64,000 nucleotides of DNA from Bacteroidota bacterium (GTDB lineage: Bacteria; Bacteroidota; Bacteroidia; 2-12-FULL-35-15), in contig PLYN01000024.1 in the NCBI GenBank assembly GCA_003151815.1, positions 19,917 to 83,916 on the forward strand, given 5' to 3'. A model generated the notes under the pieces. The model was not told where the DNA came from. It ran no database searches and saw nothing but the letters and a program-made list of their open reading frames with translations. The position numbers and the translations under genes are program-made. This document shows positions 23,360-32,740 of the stretch, piece after piece; within the stretch, counting starts at the first letter, position 1; each line of letters starts with the position of its first letter.

Positions 23360-23845
23360 TTAAGTAAGAGTATTTAATTTTGCATTAATGCTAGTGGTTG
23401 TGTGAGGAACGCTTCTTAGTCTTTCCTTTGGAATTAAGTCCCCTGTAATCCTGCATGTTCCATACGTTTTATTTTCTATTCGAATCAATGCATTGTTAAG
23501 ATGCTGAATAAATTTTTCTTGTCTTATGGCATGTTGCGCAGTTTCTTCTTTTGATATAACATCACTTGCATCCTCAAGGACTTTAAAAGTAGGTGAAGTG
23601 TCATTCGTGCCATTATCATCCCGAAGTGAAAGGGTACTTTTTAAAAGTTCATAGTCTATTTTCGCCTCACCAAGCTTCGCCAAAATTAATTCTTTGAATT
23701 CTCTAAGTTCCTCATCCGAAAGTCGAACTTGTGTATCCTCATTTTTAGGAGTGGAGATAGGTTGAGTTACTTTTGCTTCAACCATAATTGGCATTATCAC
23801 CATTTTGGACTCCGTCGCTTGTTTTGCCATTTTATTATTTTTCAT
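23360..23845 (-). CDS. dksA: DksA/TraR-family transcription factor (Bacteroidota type, one Cys)
   Basis: RQEKFIQHLNNALIRIENKTYGTCRITGDLIPKERLRSVPHTT. Confidence 0.8.
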   Translation of the reverse strand: MKNNKMAKQATESKMVIMPIMVEAKVTQPISTPKNEDTQVRLSDEELREFKELILAKLGEAKIDYELLKSTLSLRDDNGTNDTSPTFKVLEDASDVISKEETAQHAIRQEKFIQHLNNALIRIENKTYGTCRITGDLIPKERLRSVPHTTTSINAKLNTLT

Positions 23846-23919
23846 ATGTTTGATCTTTTATGATGTTGTTATTTTTTAAATTTAATAAGCTTAGAATAAT
23901 CGGATAAAATTTATTAATG

Positions 23920-24004
23920 CAAAGGTAATTTGACTAATAACAATGATCTTCCATTTTTCGTTTAGTTCTCTCATAAAATAGCCAAAAACTATTAAATAGT
24001 CGGT
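23920..24004 (-). promoter_or_regulatory. Island promoter P1 (dksA-cotH): three boxes at 21-bp period plus -7 box
   Basis: Minus strand ACCGACT (24004-23998), GGCTATT (23983-23977), AACGAAA (23962-23956), then TACCTTTG (23927-23920). Confidence 0.75.
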
Positions 24005-24070
24005 GGTGATATAAATTTTAAAAATCTGTCTACCAACTAGAATTATATAGTCATATAATATTAAGATTCT

Positions 24071-24199
24071 CTATGAGAAATTGCATGAATCCCCTAAAAA
24101 GTCAAAATCATTATCTATTATCGTGCAAATTTCGATAGTCGGCGGCTCTGATATTATTTGAGAGGCTGGGACTTGCTCTGTTGTTTTGAAATTTTTCAT
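24071..24199 (-). CDS. Putative 42-aa small protein
   Basis: Hand translation MKNFKTTEQVPASQIISEPPTIEICTIIDNDFDFLGDSCNFS*. It lies directly downstream of promoter P2. Confidence 0.35.
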   Translation of the reverse strand: MKNFKTTEQVPASQIISEPPTIEICTIIDNDFDFLGDSCNFS

Positions 24200-24265
24200 G
24201 TCGCTGCATTTTTTATGATTTGTTTTTATTGAACAAGAATAAACTGATATTATAAATTACTTGTT

Positions 24266-24350
24266 CAAAAATAGTATCGTTTATTTCTAATTCCTTCCTT
24301 TTTTCGTTTAGTTCGATTTAATAATAGCCAAAAAGTGTTAAACATTCGTT
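24266..24350 (-). promoter_or_regulatory. Island promoter P2
   Basis: Minus strand AACGAAT (24350-24344), GGCTATT (24329-24323), AACGAAA (24308-24302), TATTTTTG (24273-24266). Confidence 0.7.
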
Positions 24351-24394
24351 AGTAGAGTAACCCATGTAAGTCAATGCCGTAGAAGGCTTCAGGA

Positions 24395-24443
24395 AATCGA
24401 CTAAAGGGAATAAAAAATCGCTAAGAACAATAAATGAATTGCC
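24395..24443. promoter_or_regulatory. Second 21-bp-periodic triple box upstream of GH paralog 1
   Basis: AATCGAC / AATCGCT / AATTGCC starting at 24395, 24416 and 24437. Confidence 0.55.
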
Positions 24444-24482
24444 AAAAACGTTTTTAGACAAATAAACATTTAATCATAAAAA

Positions 24483-27400
24483 ATGAAAAACATAAAAAAA
24501 ATTATCAAAGTAAGTTTACTTACAGTTGGGTTTTTACTTTCTGTAAAAAGTAGTTACTCACAATTGATCTCGGATCATTTTTTTGGTGAAAACACCTGGA
24601 TGCCGGATACCATTGGTGATTACAAAGCGTGTAAAGAGCCGCCATGTATTTTATATGGTAAATTGCATAAACAATGGAGCAACATTAAAAGTAGTGGAGC
24701 ATCAATTGTTCGTTTTGGAGGTATTGCAGCTGACAAAAACATGCCAACTAATTATCAATATATAAAGATGATCGATTCCATTCGTGCAAAAGGTATGGAG
24801 CCAATTATTCAAGTTCCATTTTGTAATAATCGTTATACCGCTCAACAAGCAGCCGATATTGTTAAGTATATAAATATTATTAAAGGCAAAAAAATTAAAT
24901 ACTGGATCATTGCAAACGAACCTGATCTGAGTTATTCCTTCACTACTTCTTCACAAATAGCGCAATATTTTAAACCTTTTGCTTCAGCAATGAAAGCAGT
25001 GGACCCATCCATCCTTATTGTGGGGCCCGAATGTGCCTGGTTTAATCAAACCATTTTAACAGGTTTAACAACTCCGAATGGTCCTGATGACATTACAGGT
25101 AAAGATGCATCCGGAAATTATTACCTTGATATTATTTCTTTTCATACTTATCCTTTTGATGGAACTCAAACTAGAGCTGATGTTGTTTCAAAATTAACAG
25201 CTCCCAATTCATTAAATGAGAATTTGGCTTATCTAAACACTCGTGTAGCTAATTGTAATTCTGCGCATAATAGAACAGGTGTAGCATTACTAAAGACAGC
25301 TATTACAGAGGCGAATATAAATTGGCAAAACAACACTTCAGATAATTTAAATGGCTTAGGTGCCAATAGTTTTATTGGTGGTCAATTTATGGCGGAAATG
25401 ATGGGCATTGGAATGAAAAATAATTTAGATTTTATTAATATCTGGAGTGTAATTGAAGGAAATTCAACGGCCAGCAATATTGGTTTTATAGATGCTACTA
25501 CCAATAATAAAAAGCCATTGTATTATCATTTTAAACTTCTTGCCAACAATTTCAAAGGAAATTATTTGAACGGTATTACTAACCAGGTAAATGTTAAATC
25601 CTTTGGAAGTCAGAATGCGCAACAAACTTCAGTACTGATTTTAAATGAAGATCTTACCAATAATTATAATTTCACCGTTCGATTAGATAATTCAGCTATT
25701 TCAGGAAATGGTGGATTAAATATTAACATAAATGCAGGATTGAATAAAGAGTATTCCGGTGTTATTAGTAATCAGTCTACCACTATTTTGAAGTTTGATG
25801 CGGCAGGAAATTTAATAGAAAAAACGGAATATAAACTTTCAGGAAATGCTGATGTCAATCTTGCTCCAACAGTTACAACATTGCCTTCTGCTTTGTCAGC
25901 AATAATTATTCCGGCTGCTTCAACTACCATTTGTTCTGGAAGCAGTGTAACATTAAATGCGAATGTTGGAACAGGTTATTCATATCAGTGGAAAAAAGAT
26001 AATACTTCTTTAGCGGGTGCTACCAACTCATCATATATAGCGAATGCCGCCGGAAATTATTCGGTTAGCATAACTTCCGCAGAAATAACTACTACATCTG
26101 CAGCAACAACAATCACGTTATTGCCTGCTCCAATTGCTTCAATTACGCCTCAGGGTGCAACCTCATTTATTGCAGGTGATAGTGTTGTTTTAAATGCAAC
26201 TACAGGAACAGATTACATTTACCAATGGAAAAAAGATAATATAGGTATTAATGGTGCAACTAACACTTCTTATGTTGCAAATCAGTCAGGGGCTTACCAA
26301 ATAAAAACTACCTTGGGTATTTGCAACAATTGGTCTGCTCCACTATCAATTACTGTCTTTCCAAAAGCAACGATCACTGCTGCCGGTGCAACTAATTTTT
26401 GCTCAGGTGGAAATGTTAAGTTGAATGCAAATGTTGTTAAAGGATATGCTTATCAATGGAAAAAAGATAATGTTGCTATTGCCGGATCAACCGATTCATC
26501 TTACATTGCTATAGAATCCGGTGGTTATTCTGTTGTCGCAACTATTGCAGGCCTTACAACAACTTCAGGGATTCAAGTTATAAAAGTAACACCTTTACCT
26601 AGCGCTATTATAACAGCAGCAAGTGCAACTTCATTTGTTGAAGGTAATAGTGTAGTTCTAAATGCAACTACCGGAACAGGATATACTTATCAATGGAAAA
26701 AAGATAATGAACTTATAACAGGAGCTACCAATGGATCATATACAACTTCCATAGCCGGATCATACCAGGTAGAAATTACTTCAGAAATTTGTAAATCATT
26801 ATCCGCTTCAGTTACCGTTGCTGTTCTGCCAATAGCGGTGATCACTGCAGCAGGTAGCACGAGTTTTTGTGCCGGAGGAAACGTAAGGTTGAATGCTAAA
26901 GTAATGACAGGGTATACGTTTCAATGGAAAAAGGATAATATCGAGATTGCCGGAGCAACCGATTCATTATACATTGCTGCTGCGTCAGGAAGTTATTCGG
27001 TGGTTGTAACTAAAGGAGGCAATACAAATACTTCAACAGCAATTGCCGTTACAGCAATATCTGTTCCTGTTGCAACAATTACTCCTTTAGGCGCAACAAC
27101 AATATGTTCCGGTACTGTTGGTTTACAAGCAAATACGGGTTCCGGCTTGATCTATCAATGGAAAAAAGATAATAATGCAATAGATGGAGCTACCAATTCT
27201 TCTTATTCAGCAACTGTTACAGGATCTTATCAAATAAGAGTTACACAAGGTTCATGCACATCGTGGTCAGCACCATTAAGTGTAAGTATTCAAGGTGATA
27301 AAAATGCCACGATAACACCGGATGGACCAATCACATTTTGTTCCGGTGGTAAAGTAGTATTGTATGCTAATACTTGTTCCGACTATTTATATCAATGGAA

Positions 27401-27884
27401 GAAAAATGGAGCAAATATTAAAGGAGCAACTGCATCATCATATATTGCTACAACTTCCGGAAGCTATCAGGTAAAAATTACGTCAAGTGCATTCACAGAA
27501 TGGTCGGCACCTTTATCGGTAACGGTTAATAACTGCAAGCCTTCCGGTTCAATTGCAAGTAAAGAATTGACTTTGGATTCAACTACTGTTACATCTTTAT
27601 CGAACGAGGAAAATGTTAATAGTATTTTTGAAATTAATGTATTTCCAAATCCATCAAATGGAAAATTTACGATACAATTAAGTAATAAAAATTCCGAACA
27701 AAATAATATTGAAATTCAACTTATCAATTCTAACGGACAAGAGGTTTACCATGAAAACGGTAATTTCTTAAATGGCAAAGAAGAAATAATATTGGGAGAC
27801 AATATTACATCCGGACTTTATATCATGAGAGTGATGGTTGGAAATAACATTATCATTAAAAGAATTATAATTAATAATCTTTAA
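24483..27884 (+). CDS. Secreted clan GH-A-like glycoside hydrolase with 7 Ig-like repeats and T9SS CTD
   Basis: Signal peptide; VRFGG, WIIANEPD (acid/base), SFHTYP, ITEAN (nucleophile); seven ~80-aa 'YQWKKDN..I.GAT..SY' repeats; FPNP...GLYIM CTD. Confidence 0.8.
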   Translation: MKNIKKIIKVSLLTVGFLLSVKSSYSQLISDHFFGENTWMPDTIGDYKACKEPPCILYGKLHKQWSNIKSSGASIVRFGGIAADKNMPTNYQYIKMIDSIRAKGMEPIIQVPFCNNRYTAQQAADIVKYINIIKGKKIKYWIIANEPDLSYSFTTSSQIAQYFKPFASAMKAVDPSILIVGPECAWFNQTILTGLTTPNGPDDITGKDASGNYYLDIISFHTYPFDGTQTRADVVSKLTAPNSLNENLAYLNTRVANCNSAHNRTGVALLKTAITEANINWQNNTSDNLNGLGANSFIGGQFMAEMMGIGMKNNLDFINIWSVIEGNSTASNIGFIDATTNNKKPLYYHFKLLANNFKGNYLNGITNQVNVKSFGSQNAQQTSVLILNEDLTNNYNFTVRLDNSAISGNGGLNININAGLNKEYSGVISNQSTTILKFDAAGNLIEKTEYKLSGNADVNLAPTVTTLPSALSAIIIPAASTTICSGSSVTLNANVGTGYSYQWKKDNTSLAGATNSSYIANAAGNYSVSITSAEITTTSAATTITLLPAPIASITPQGATSFIAGDSVVLNATTGTDYIYQWKKDNIGINGATNTSYVANQSGAYQIKTTLGICNNWSAPLSITVFPKATITAAGATNFCSGGNVKLNANVVKGYAYQWKKDNVAIAGSTDSSYIAIESGGYSVVATIAGLTTTSGIQVIKVTPLPSAIITAASATSFVEGNSVVLNATTGTGYTYQWKKDNELITGATNGSYTTSIAGSYQVEITSEICKSLSASVTVAVLPIAVITAAGSTSFCAGGNVRLNAKVMTGYTFQWKKDNIEIAGATDSLYIAAASGSYSVVVTKGGNTNTSTAIAVTAISVPVATITPLGATTICSGTVGLQANTGSGLIYQWKKDNNAIDGATNSSYSATVTGSYQIRVTQGSCTSWSAPLSVSIQGDKNATITPDGPITFCSGGKVVLYANTCSDYLYQWKKNGANIKGATASSYIATTSGSYQVKITSSAFTEWSAPLSVTVNNCKPSGSIASKELTLDSTTVTSLSNEENVNSIFEINVFPNPSNGKFTIQLSNKNSEQNNIEIQLINSNGQEVYHENGNFLNGKEEIILGDNITSGLYIMRVMVGNNIIIKRIIINNL

Positions 27885-27894
27885 ATATATTTTT

Positions 27895-27928
27895 AAAAAA
27901 CCTATCCTGAGATCAGGATAGGTTTTTT
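27895..27928. terminator. Bidirectional intrinsic terminator
   Basis: AAAAAACCTATCCTG-agat-CAGGATAGGTTTTTT between convergent genes. Confidence 0.85.
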
Positions 27929-27966
27929 TAATTTTAATTACCATAGTGTAAAGTAATTTAATACTT

Positions 27967-28374
27967 TCAATTCACGGAGAGATGAAGATCTTTATTGCAT
28001 CTTCTGGACTCATATTGTATACAGTGCTTTACCTTTTTCAATAAAGTGTCCAATTCATAAGGTTTAACAAGATAATCATCAGCACCTTGTTCCAACGCTC
28101 TGGTTAAATAATTTTTTTCAGACATTGTAGTACTAAAAATAAATGGTATTAGAGATGTTTGAGCCGTTTCCGAAAGAAATCGAAGAACTTCGTAACCATC
28201 CATTTTTGGCATTAAAATATCACAAACTATTAAATCAGGAATAAACTTGTTGGCAAGTTCAAGTCCGATTTTTCCATTATTTGTTCCAAGTATATTATAA
28301 CCTTCTATTTCGAGATATTCAGTCAAATTCTCTAGAAAATCATTGTTATGTTCAATCAGCAAAATTGTTTTCAT
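27967..28374 (-). CDS. Stand-alone response regulator receiver domain
   Basis: MKTILLIE, PDLIVCDILMPKMDG, GADDYLVKP. Start at 28374 is supported by the -7 box at 28404-28411. Confidence 0.85.
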   Translation of the reverse strand: MKTILLIEHNNDFLENLTEYLEIEGYNILGTNNGKIGLELANKFIPDLIVCDILMPKMDGYEVLRFLSETAQTSLIPFIFSTTMSEKNYLTRALEQGADDYLVKPYELDTLLKKVKHCIQYESRRCNKDLHLSVN

Positions 28375-28403
28375 AGTCGTTTGATTATTTGTGGTTGCAA
28401 TTG

Positions 28404-28488
28404 CAATGATAGTCCTGCCTCCCCTTTGCTTCATTTCTTTTTCGTTTAATTCTTATTTATAATAGCCAAAAACTGTTAAATAGTCGTT
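28404..28488 (-). promoter_or_regulatory. Island promoter P3 (receiver protein)
   Basis: Minus strand AACGACT (28488-28482), GGCTATT (28467-28461), AACGAAA (28446-28440), TATCATTG (28411-28404). Confidence 0.7.
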
Positions 28489-28531
28489 GGTGGCATAACA
28501 TTAGTAATATATGCTCGTAATACGAACAGTG

Positions 28532-28580
28532 AATCGCCGAAAGGGAGATTAAAATCGCCCAGAACAATAAACGAATCGCT
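28532..28580. promoter_or_regulatory. Second 21-bp-periodic triple box upstream of GH paralog 2
   Basis: AATCGCC / AATCGCC / AATCGCT starting at 28532, 28553 and 28574. Confidence 0.6.
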
Positions 28581-28609
28581 AATGAGTTTTTTAAACTAAA
28601 TCATATATC

Positions 28610-30337
28610 ATGAAAAACATAAAAAAAATATTTCAAGTAAGTTTACTTACAATGAGTTTGTTTTTTTCAATGAAGAGTGGTTATGCACAAGTAATTTCAA
28701 ATCATTTTTTTGGTGAAAATGCATGGATGCCTGATACCATTGGGGATTACCAAGCATGTAAAGAACCACCATGTATTTTAAATGGTAAACTGCATAAACA
28801 ATGGGGCAACATTAAAAACAGTGGAACATCCATTGTTCGTTTTGGAGGTATTGCTCCTGATAAAAATATGCCAACCAATTATCAATACATCAAGATGATT
28901 GATTCCATTCGTGCAAATGGTATGGAGCCAATAATGCAAGTACCTTTTTATAATAACCGTTATACAGCTCAACAAGCAGCGGATATTGTTAAATTTATAA
29001 ATGTTACAAAAAACGAAAAAATTAAATACTGGATCATCGCGAATGAACCCGATCTAGGTTATTCTTATACTACTTCGGCACAGATAGCTCAATATTTTAG
29101 ACCATTTGCTTCAGCTATGAAAGCGATTGATCCATCCATCTTGATTATCGGACCTGAAATATCAAGTTTTAATCAAACTATAATGAATGGTTTAACAACA
29201 CCAAATGGACCAGATGATATCACAGGAAAAGATGCATCAGGAAATTACTACCTCGATGTTATTTCTTTTCATACCTATCCTTTTAATGGAAGTCAAACCA
29301 GAGCACAAGTTGTTTCAAAATTAACGGCTCCCTATTCTTTGAATGATAATTTAATTTATCTAAACACCAGAGTAGCTGCTTGTAATATCGCTCATAATAG
29401 AACAGGAGTAGCACTTCTTAAAACAGCTATTACAGAGGCGAATATCAATTGGCAAAATAGTGCTTCTGATAATTTATCCGGCGTAGGTGCCAATAGTTTT
29501 ATTGGAGGTCAATTTATTGCTGAAATGATGGGTATTGGAATGAAGAATAGTGTAGATTTTATTAATATATGGAGTGTCGTAGAAGGAAATTCAACAGTCA
29601 GTAACGTTGGTTTTATAGATGCCACTACGTATAATAAAAAACCTTCATTTTTTCATTTTAAACTTCTTGCCGAAAATTTTAAAGGAAATTACGTGAACGG
29701 TATTACCAATCAGTCAAACGTAAAATCCTTTGGAAGTCAAGATGCTCAACAGGTTTCCGTTTTGATTTTAAACGAAGATCAAACCAATAATTATAATTTT
29801 ACTGTTCGTTTAAATAATGATAAGGCTAATGTAAACAATGCATTAATAATAAATATTAATGCAGGTATCAGCAAAGAATATGTAGGTAAAATATCAAGTC
29901 AATCTTCTGTATTGCTTATTTTTAATGCTTCAGGAGATATTATTAAGAAGTATGAATATTCACTTAATGACAATGCAATGGCTAACCTTGCGCCTACTTA
30001 TACAGAATTCGCTTCTACAGTTATAACTCCTCCTGCTCCTGCTACTGATTCTGCAGTTGTAGCAACAACTATAAATGGGATTAGCAATGATTCTGAAATG
30101 AAAGTATTTCCAAATCCTTCAAACGGAAAGTTTACCATTCAATTTAATAATGAAAATTCCGAGCTAAAGAATATTCAACTTATTAATACAATCGGACAAG
30201 AGGTTTATAGCAAAAGCTCAACCTTCATAGGTGGTAACGAAGAAATAGAATTAGAAGGCAACATAGCCGCCGGAGCTTATATATTGAGGGTGATGGACGG
30301 AAAAAATACAACAACAAAAAAAATTATCATCAATTAA
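28610..30337 (+). CDS. Paralogous clan GH-A-like glycoside hydrolase with T9SS CTD and no Ig repeats
   Basis: First ~465 aa closely match 24483..27884, including NEP and ITEAN; short P/T/A linker, then FPNP CTD. Confidence 0.8.
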   Translation: MKNIKKIFQVSLLTMSLFFSMKSGYAQVISNHFFGENAWMPDTIGDYQACKEPPCILNGKLHKQWGNIKNSGTSIVRFGGIAPDKNMPTNYQYIKMIDSIRANGMEPIMQVPFYNNRYTAQQAADIVKFINVTKNEKIKYWIIANEPDLGYSYTTSAQIAQYFRPFASAMKAIDPSILIIGPEISSFNQTIMNGLTTPNGPDDITGKDASGNYYLDVISFHTYPFNGSQTRAQVVSKLTAPYSLNDNLIYLNTRVAACNIAHNRTGVALLKTAITEANINWQNSASDNLSGVGANSFIGGQFIAEMMGIGMKNSVDFINIWSVVEGNSTVSNVGFIDATTYNKKPSFFHFKLLAENFKGNYVNGITNQSNVKSFGSQDAQQVSVLILNEDQTNNYNFTVRLNNDKANVNNALIININAGISKEYVGKISSQSSVLLIFNASGDIIKKYEYSLNDNAMANLAPTYTEFASTVITPPAPATDSAVVATTINGISNDSEMKVFPNPSNGKFTIQFNNENSELKNIQLINTIGQEVYSKSSTFIGGNEEIELEGNIAAGAYILRVMDGKNTTTKKIIIN

Positions 30338-30362
30338 TAATAATTTAAACTGCTTTTAAATA

Positions 30363-30397
30363 AAAATCCCATCCTGCTATAAGTGGGATGGGATTTT
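30363..30397 (+). terminator. Intrinsic terminator
   Basis: AAAATCCCATCC...GGATGGGATTTT hairpin after the stop at 30337. Confidence 0.75.
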
Positions 30398-30447
30398 AAA
30401 TTTATTCAATAAATTCATTCAACTATTAAATAATGATTCTCTTGTTC

Positions 30448-30511
30448 GGCTATCTGAAATGCCCTCTTAACGAATATAAAGAAAGCGGATATTGACATAT
30501 AGGTACATTTG
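30448..30511 (+). promoter_or_regulatory. Island promoter P4 (DUF6629-like gene)
   Basis: GGCTATC (30448), AACGAAT (30469), TACATTTG (30504-30511). Confidence 0.7.
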
Positions 30512-30528
30512 AAAAAACGAAAAAAAAT

Positions 30529-31224
30529 ATGTGTTTTTCAGCTGAAGCCAGTTTTGGAGCAAGTGTAATTCTTGGTACTGTGGGTGTTATAACAGTGAGA
30601 CAAGTTCAAACCAAATCGCAATTGCCTTTTGCAATCATTCCTTTTATTTTTTCATTTCAACAGTTTACAGAAGGTGTTTTGTGGATGACATTTCACAATA
30701 ACAATCTTGCTTTTTTGCAGCCAATTGCTACTTACACTTTTTTAATATTTGCTCAGATTGTTTGGCCTACATGGGTTCCTCTTTCAATTGTTTTGCTTGA
30801 AAAGGATGTTAGACGTAAAAAAATATTATACGTTATTTTAGGATTAGGGATACTATGTTCGGTTTATATAACATATAGTTTTTTATTCTACAATGTTCAT
30901 TCTGAAATAAGTAATCATCATATTCAATATACTTTTGATTATCCTCATACAGCTCATTTTTTATGGTTAACAGGATTATTTTATTTTATTCCAACAGTTG
31001 TTTCTACTTTTATTTCCAGCGTTAAAAGAATGCAAATTCTTGGAATAATTATTTTACTTTCTTGTCTTATTACTAGAATATTAATGCAACAGCATTTTAT
31101 TTCTGTATGGTGTTTCTTTGCTGCTCTTATAAGCGTAATTGTCCTTTTTATAATTTTCAGACTGCAAAAATCTGCAGATGTGCTTGATACCTTAACACCT
31201 CTATCTACAACCTTTCAAAGGTAG
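30529..31224 (+). CDS. DUF6629-like integral membrane protein
   Basis: Starts MCFSAEASF; QQFTEG..W; C-terminal SVWCFFAA; about 7 TM helices. Confidence 0.7.
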   Translation: MCFSAEASFGASVILGTVGVITVRQVQTKSQLPFAIIPFIFSFQQFTEGVLWMTFHNNNLAFLQPIATYTFLIFAQIVWPTWVPLSIVLLEKDVRRKKILYVILGLGILCSVYITYSFLFYNVHSEISNHHIQYTFDYPHTAHFLWLTGLFYFIPTVVSTFISSVKRMQILGIIILLSCLITRILMQQHFISVWCFFAALISVIVLFIIFRLQKSADVLDTLTPLSTTFQR

Positions 31225-31297
31225 ATTTCCTGTTTACTTGCTTCGCTACCCTTCACAAAGAAATCAATCAGGCAATACAAATTTAAACTATCACGAT

Positions 31298-31382
31298 AAC
31301 TATTAAGATTCCTGTTTGGGCTATTGAAAATACCGCATCACCGAATACTGCTTTGTGGATACCCTTTTCTCTAATAGATTTG
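31298..31382 (+). promoter_or_regulatory. Island promoter P5 (GT4-GH57 operon)
   Basis: AACTATT (31298), GGCTATT (31319), ACCGAAT (31340), TAGATTTG (31375-31382). Confidence 0.8.
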
Positions 31383-31436
31383 TTAGCGGAAGAAAATATG
31401 TTCATCATCTAAAAAGCAAAATATCAATAAATATCA

Positions 31437-32735
31437 ATGAAAAACCAGTTGCCAAAAGTTTTAATGTTAGGTTGGGAATTTCCACCGATAATTAATGGAG
31501 GGTTAGGAGTTGCATGTCATGACCTTTCTTGTGCCATGTCAGAGTTGGCAAATATTACAATGGTTGTGCCCAAATCCAGTCCCGACTTTAAAGTGAAAAA
31601 CATGAACTTAATTGGTATCAACAATATCGATCCCAATAGCTATGCGGATTCTTTTGATAATTCTTTCAATAACAAATTACCTTTCAAACTTCACTCAGTT
31701 CCTTCCGATCTTAATCCATATCATTCAGAGGCAATAAATTCTCACAATAACCCACATGGTTATAGGGATTCAAGTGTGATGGGTGGAAGTGAAATGAGAG
31801 AATCTTTTAATATTGATAATTTATATGGAGGTGATGTTATTAATAAAGTTTTTCAATATGCTGAGATCACTTCCAACCTTGCTGCTAAAATCGATTTTGA
31901 TGTTATTCATGCACATGACTGGATGACGATGCTTGCAGGTATTAAAATAAAACAACAAACAGGAAAACCTTTAGTGATGCATATTCATTCTTTGGAAGTT
32001 GATAGGAGTGGGGTGGATAGTACAGGATGGGTGTATGACCTTGAAAAAAAAGGAATGGAATATGCTGATCTATTAATGCCGGTGAGCAATTTTACGGCAA
32101 ATAATATTCATCAGTATTATGGAATAAAAAAAAATAAAATGTCTGTAATACACAATGGTAGTATTGTTGTAGAACCATTTAAAAGTAAAAGAACATTCAA
32201 AGAAAAAACAGTTTTATTTGTTGGTCGTCTTACAAGACAAAAAGGACCCGAAAGATTCTTGGATATCGCGTCAAAGGTGTTGGAAAAAAATCCTGATGTT
32301 AGATTTGTAATGGCAGGTGTTGGAGATTATTTTAAATCAATGCTTGAACAAAGTTCATATAAACATATTGGCAATCGTTTTCACATGACCGGATTTTTAA
32401 ATCAGGAAAAACTTAGGTATTTGTTTTCTGTTAGTGATGTTTATTGCATGCCTTCCGTATCTGAACCTTTTGGATTATCTGCTGTTGAAGCAGCTCAATT
32501 TGGAATTCCTTGTGTTATTTCCAAACAATCGGGAGTAGCAGAGGTATTAAGTGGAGCATTAAAATTTAATCATTGGGATGTAAACAAGGCTGCCAGTGAC
32601 ATTTTAAATTTACTAAGCGATTCCGTTCTAAGGAAGAAAGTAGTTGAGGATGCTTCCCATAATTTGCAAAATATAACCTGGAATAATTCAGCACAAAAAA
32701 TTATGAATGCCTATTCGTCAAACAATTTTATTTAA
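31437..32735 (+). CDS. GT4 glycosyltransferase of the glycogen/alpha-glucan-associated type
   Basis: MLGWEFPP..NGGLGVAC, IHAHDWMT, PSVSEPFGL; directly upstream of a GH57. Confidence 0.85.
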   Translation: MKNQLPKVLMLGWEFPPIINGGLGVACHDLSCAMSELANITMVVPKSSPDFKVKNMNLIGINNIDPNSYADSFDNSFNNKLPFKLHSVPSDLNPYHSEAINSHNNPHGYRDSSVMGGSEMRESFNIDNLYGGDVINKVFQYAEITSNLAAKIDFDVIHAHDWMTMLAGIKIKQQTGKPLVMHIHSLEVDRSGVDSTGWVYDLEKKGMEYADLLMPVSNFTANNIHQYYGIKKNKMSVIHNGSIVVEPFKSKRTFKEKTVLFVGRLTRQKGPERFLDIASKVLEKNPDVRFVMAGVGDYFKSMLEQSSYKHIGNRFHMTGFLNQEKLRYLFSVSDVYCMPSVSEPFGLSAVEAAQFGIPCVISKQSGVAEVLSGALKFNHWDVNKAASDILNLLSDSVLRKKVVEDASHNLQNITWNNSAQKIMNAYSSNNFI

Positions 32736-32740
32736 ACATC

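Noticed and set aside
25900-27540. Tandem ~240-bp DNA repeats as a non-coding array or DGR-like element
   Set aside because: They are in-frame, diverged Ig-like protein repeats; no reverse transcriptase or adenine-specific variation.
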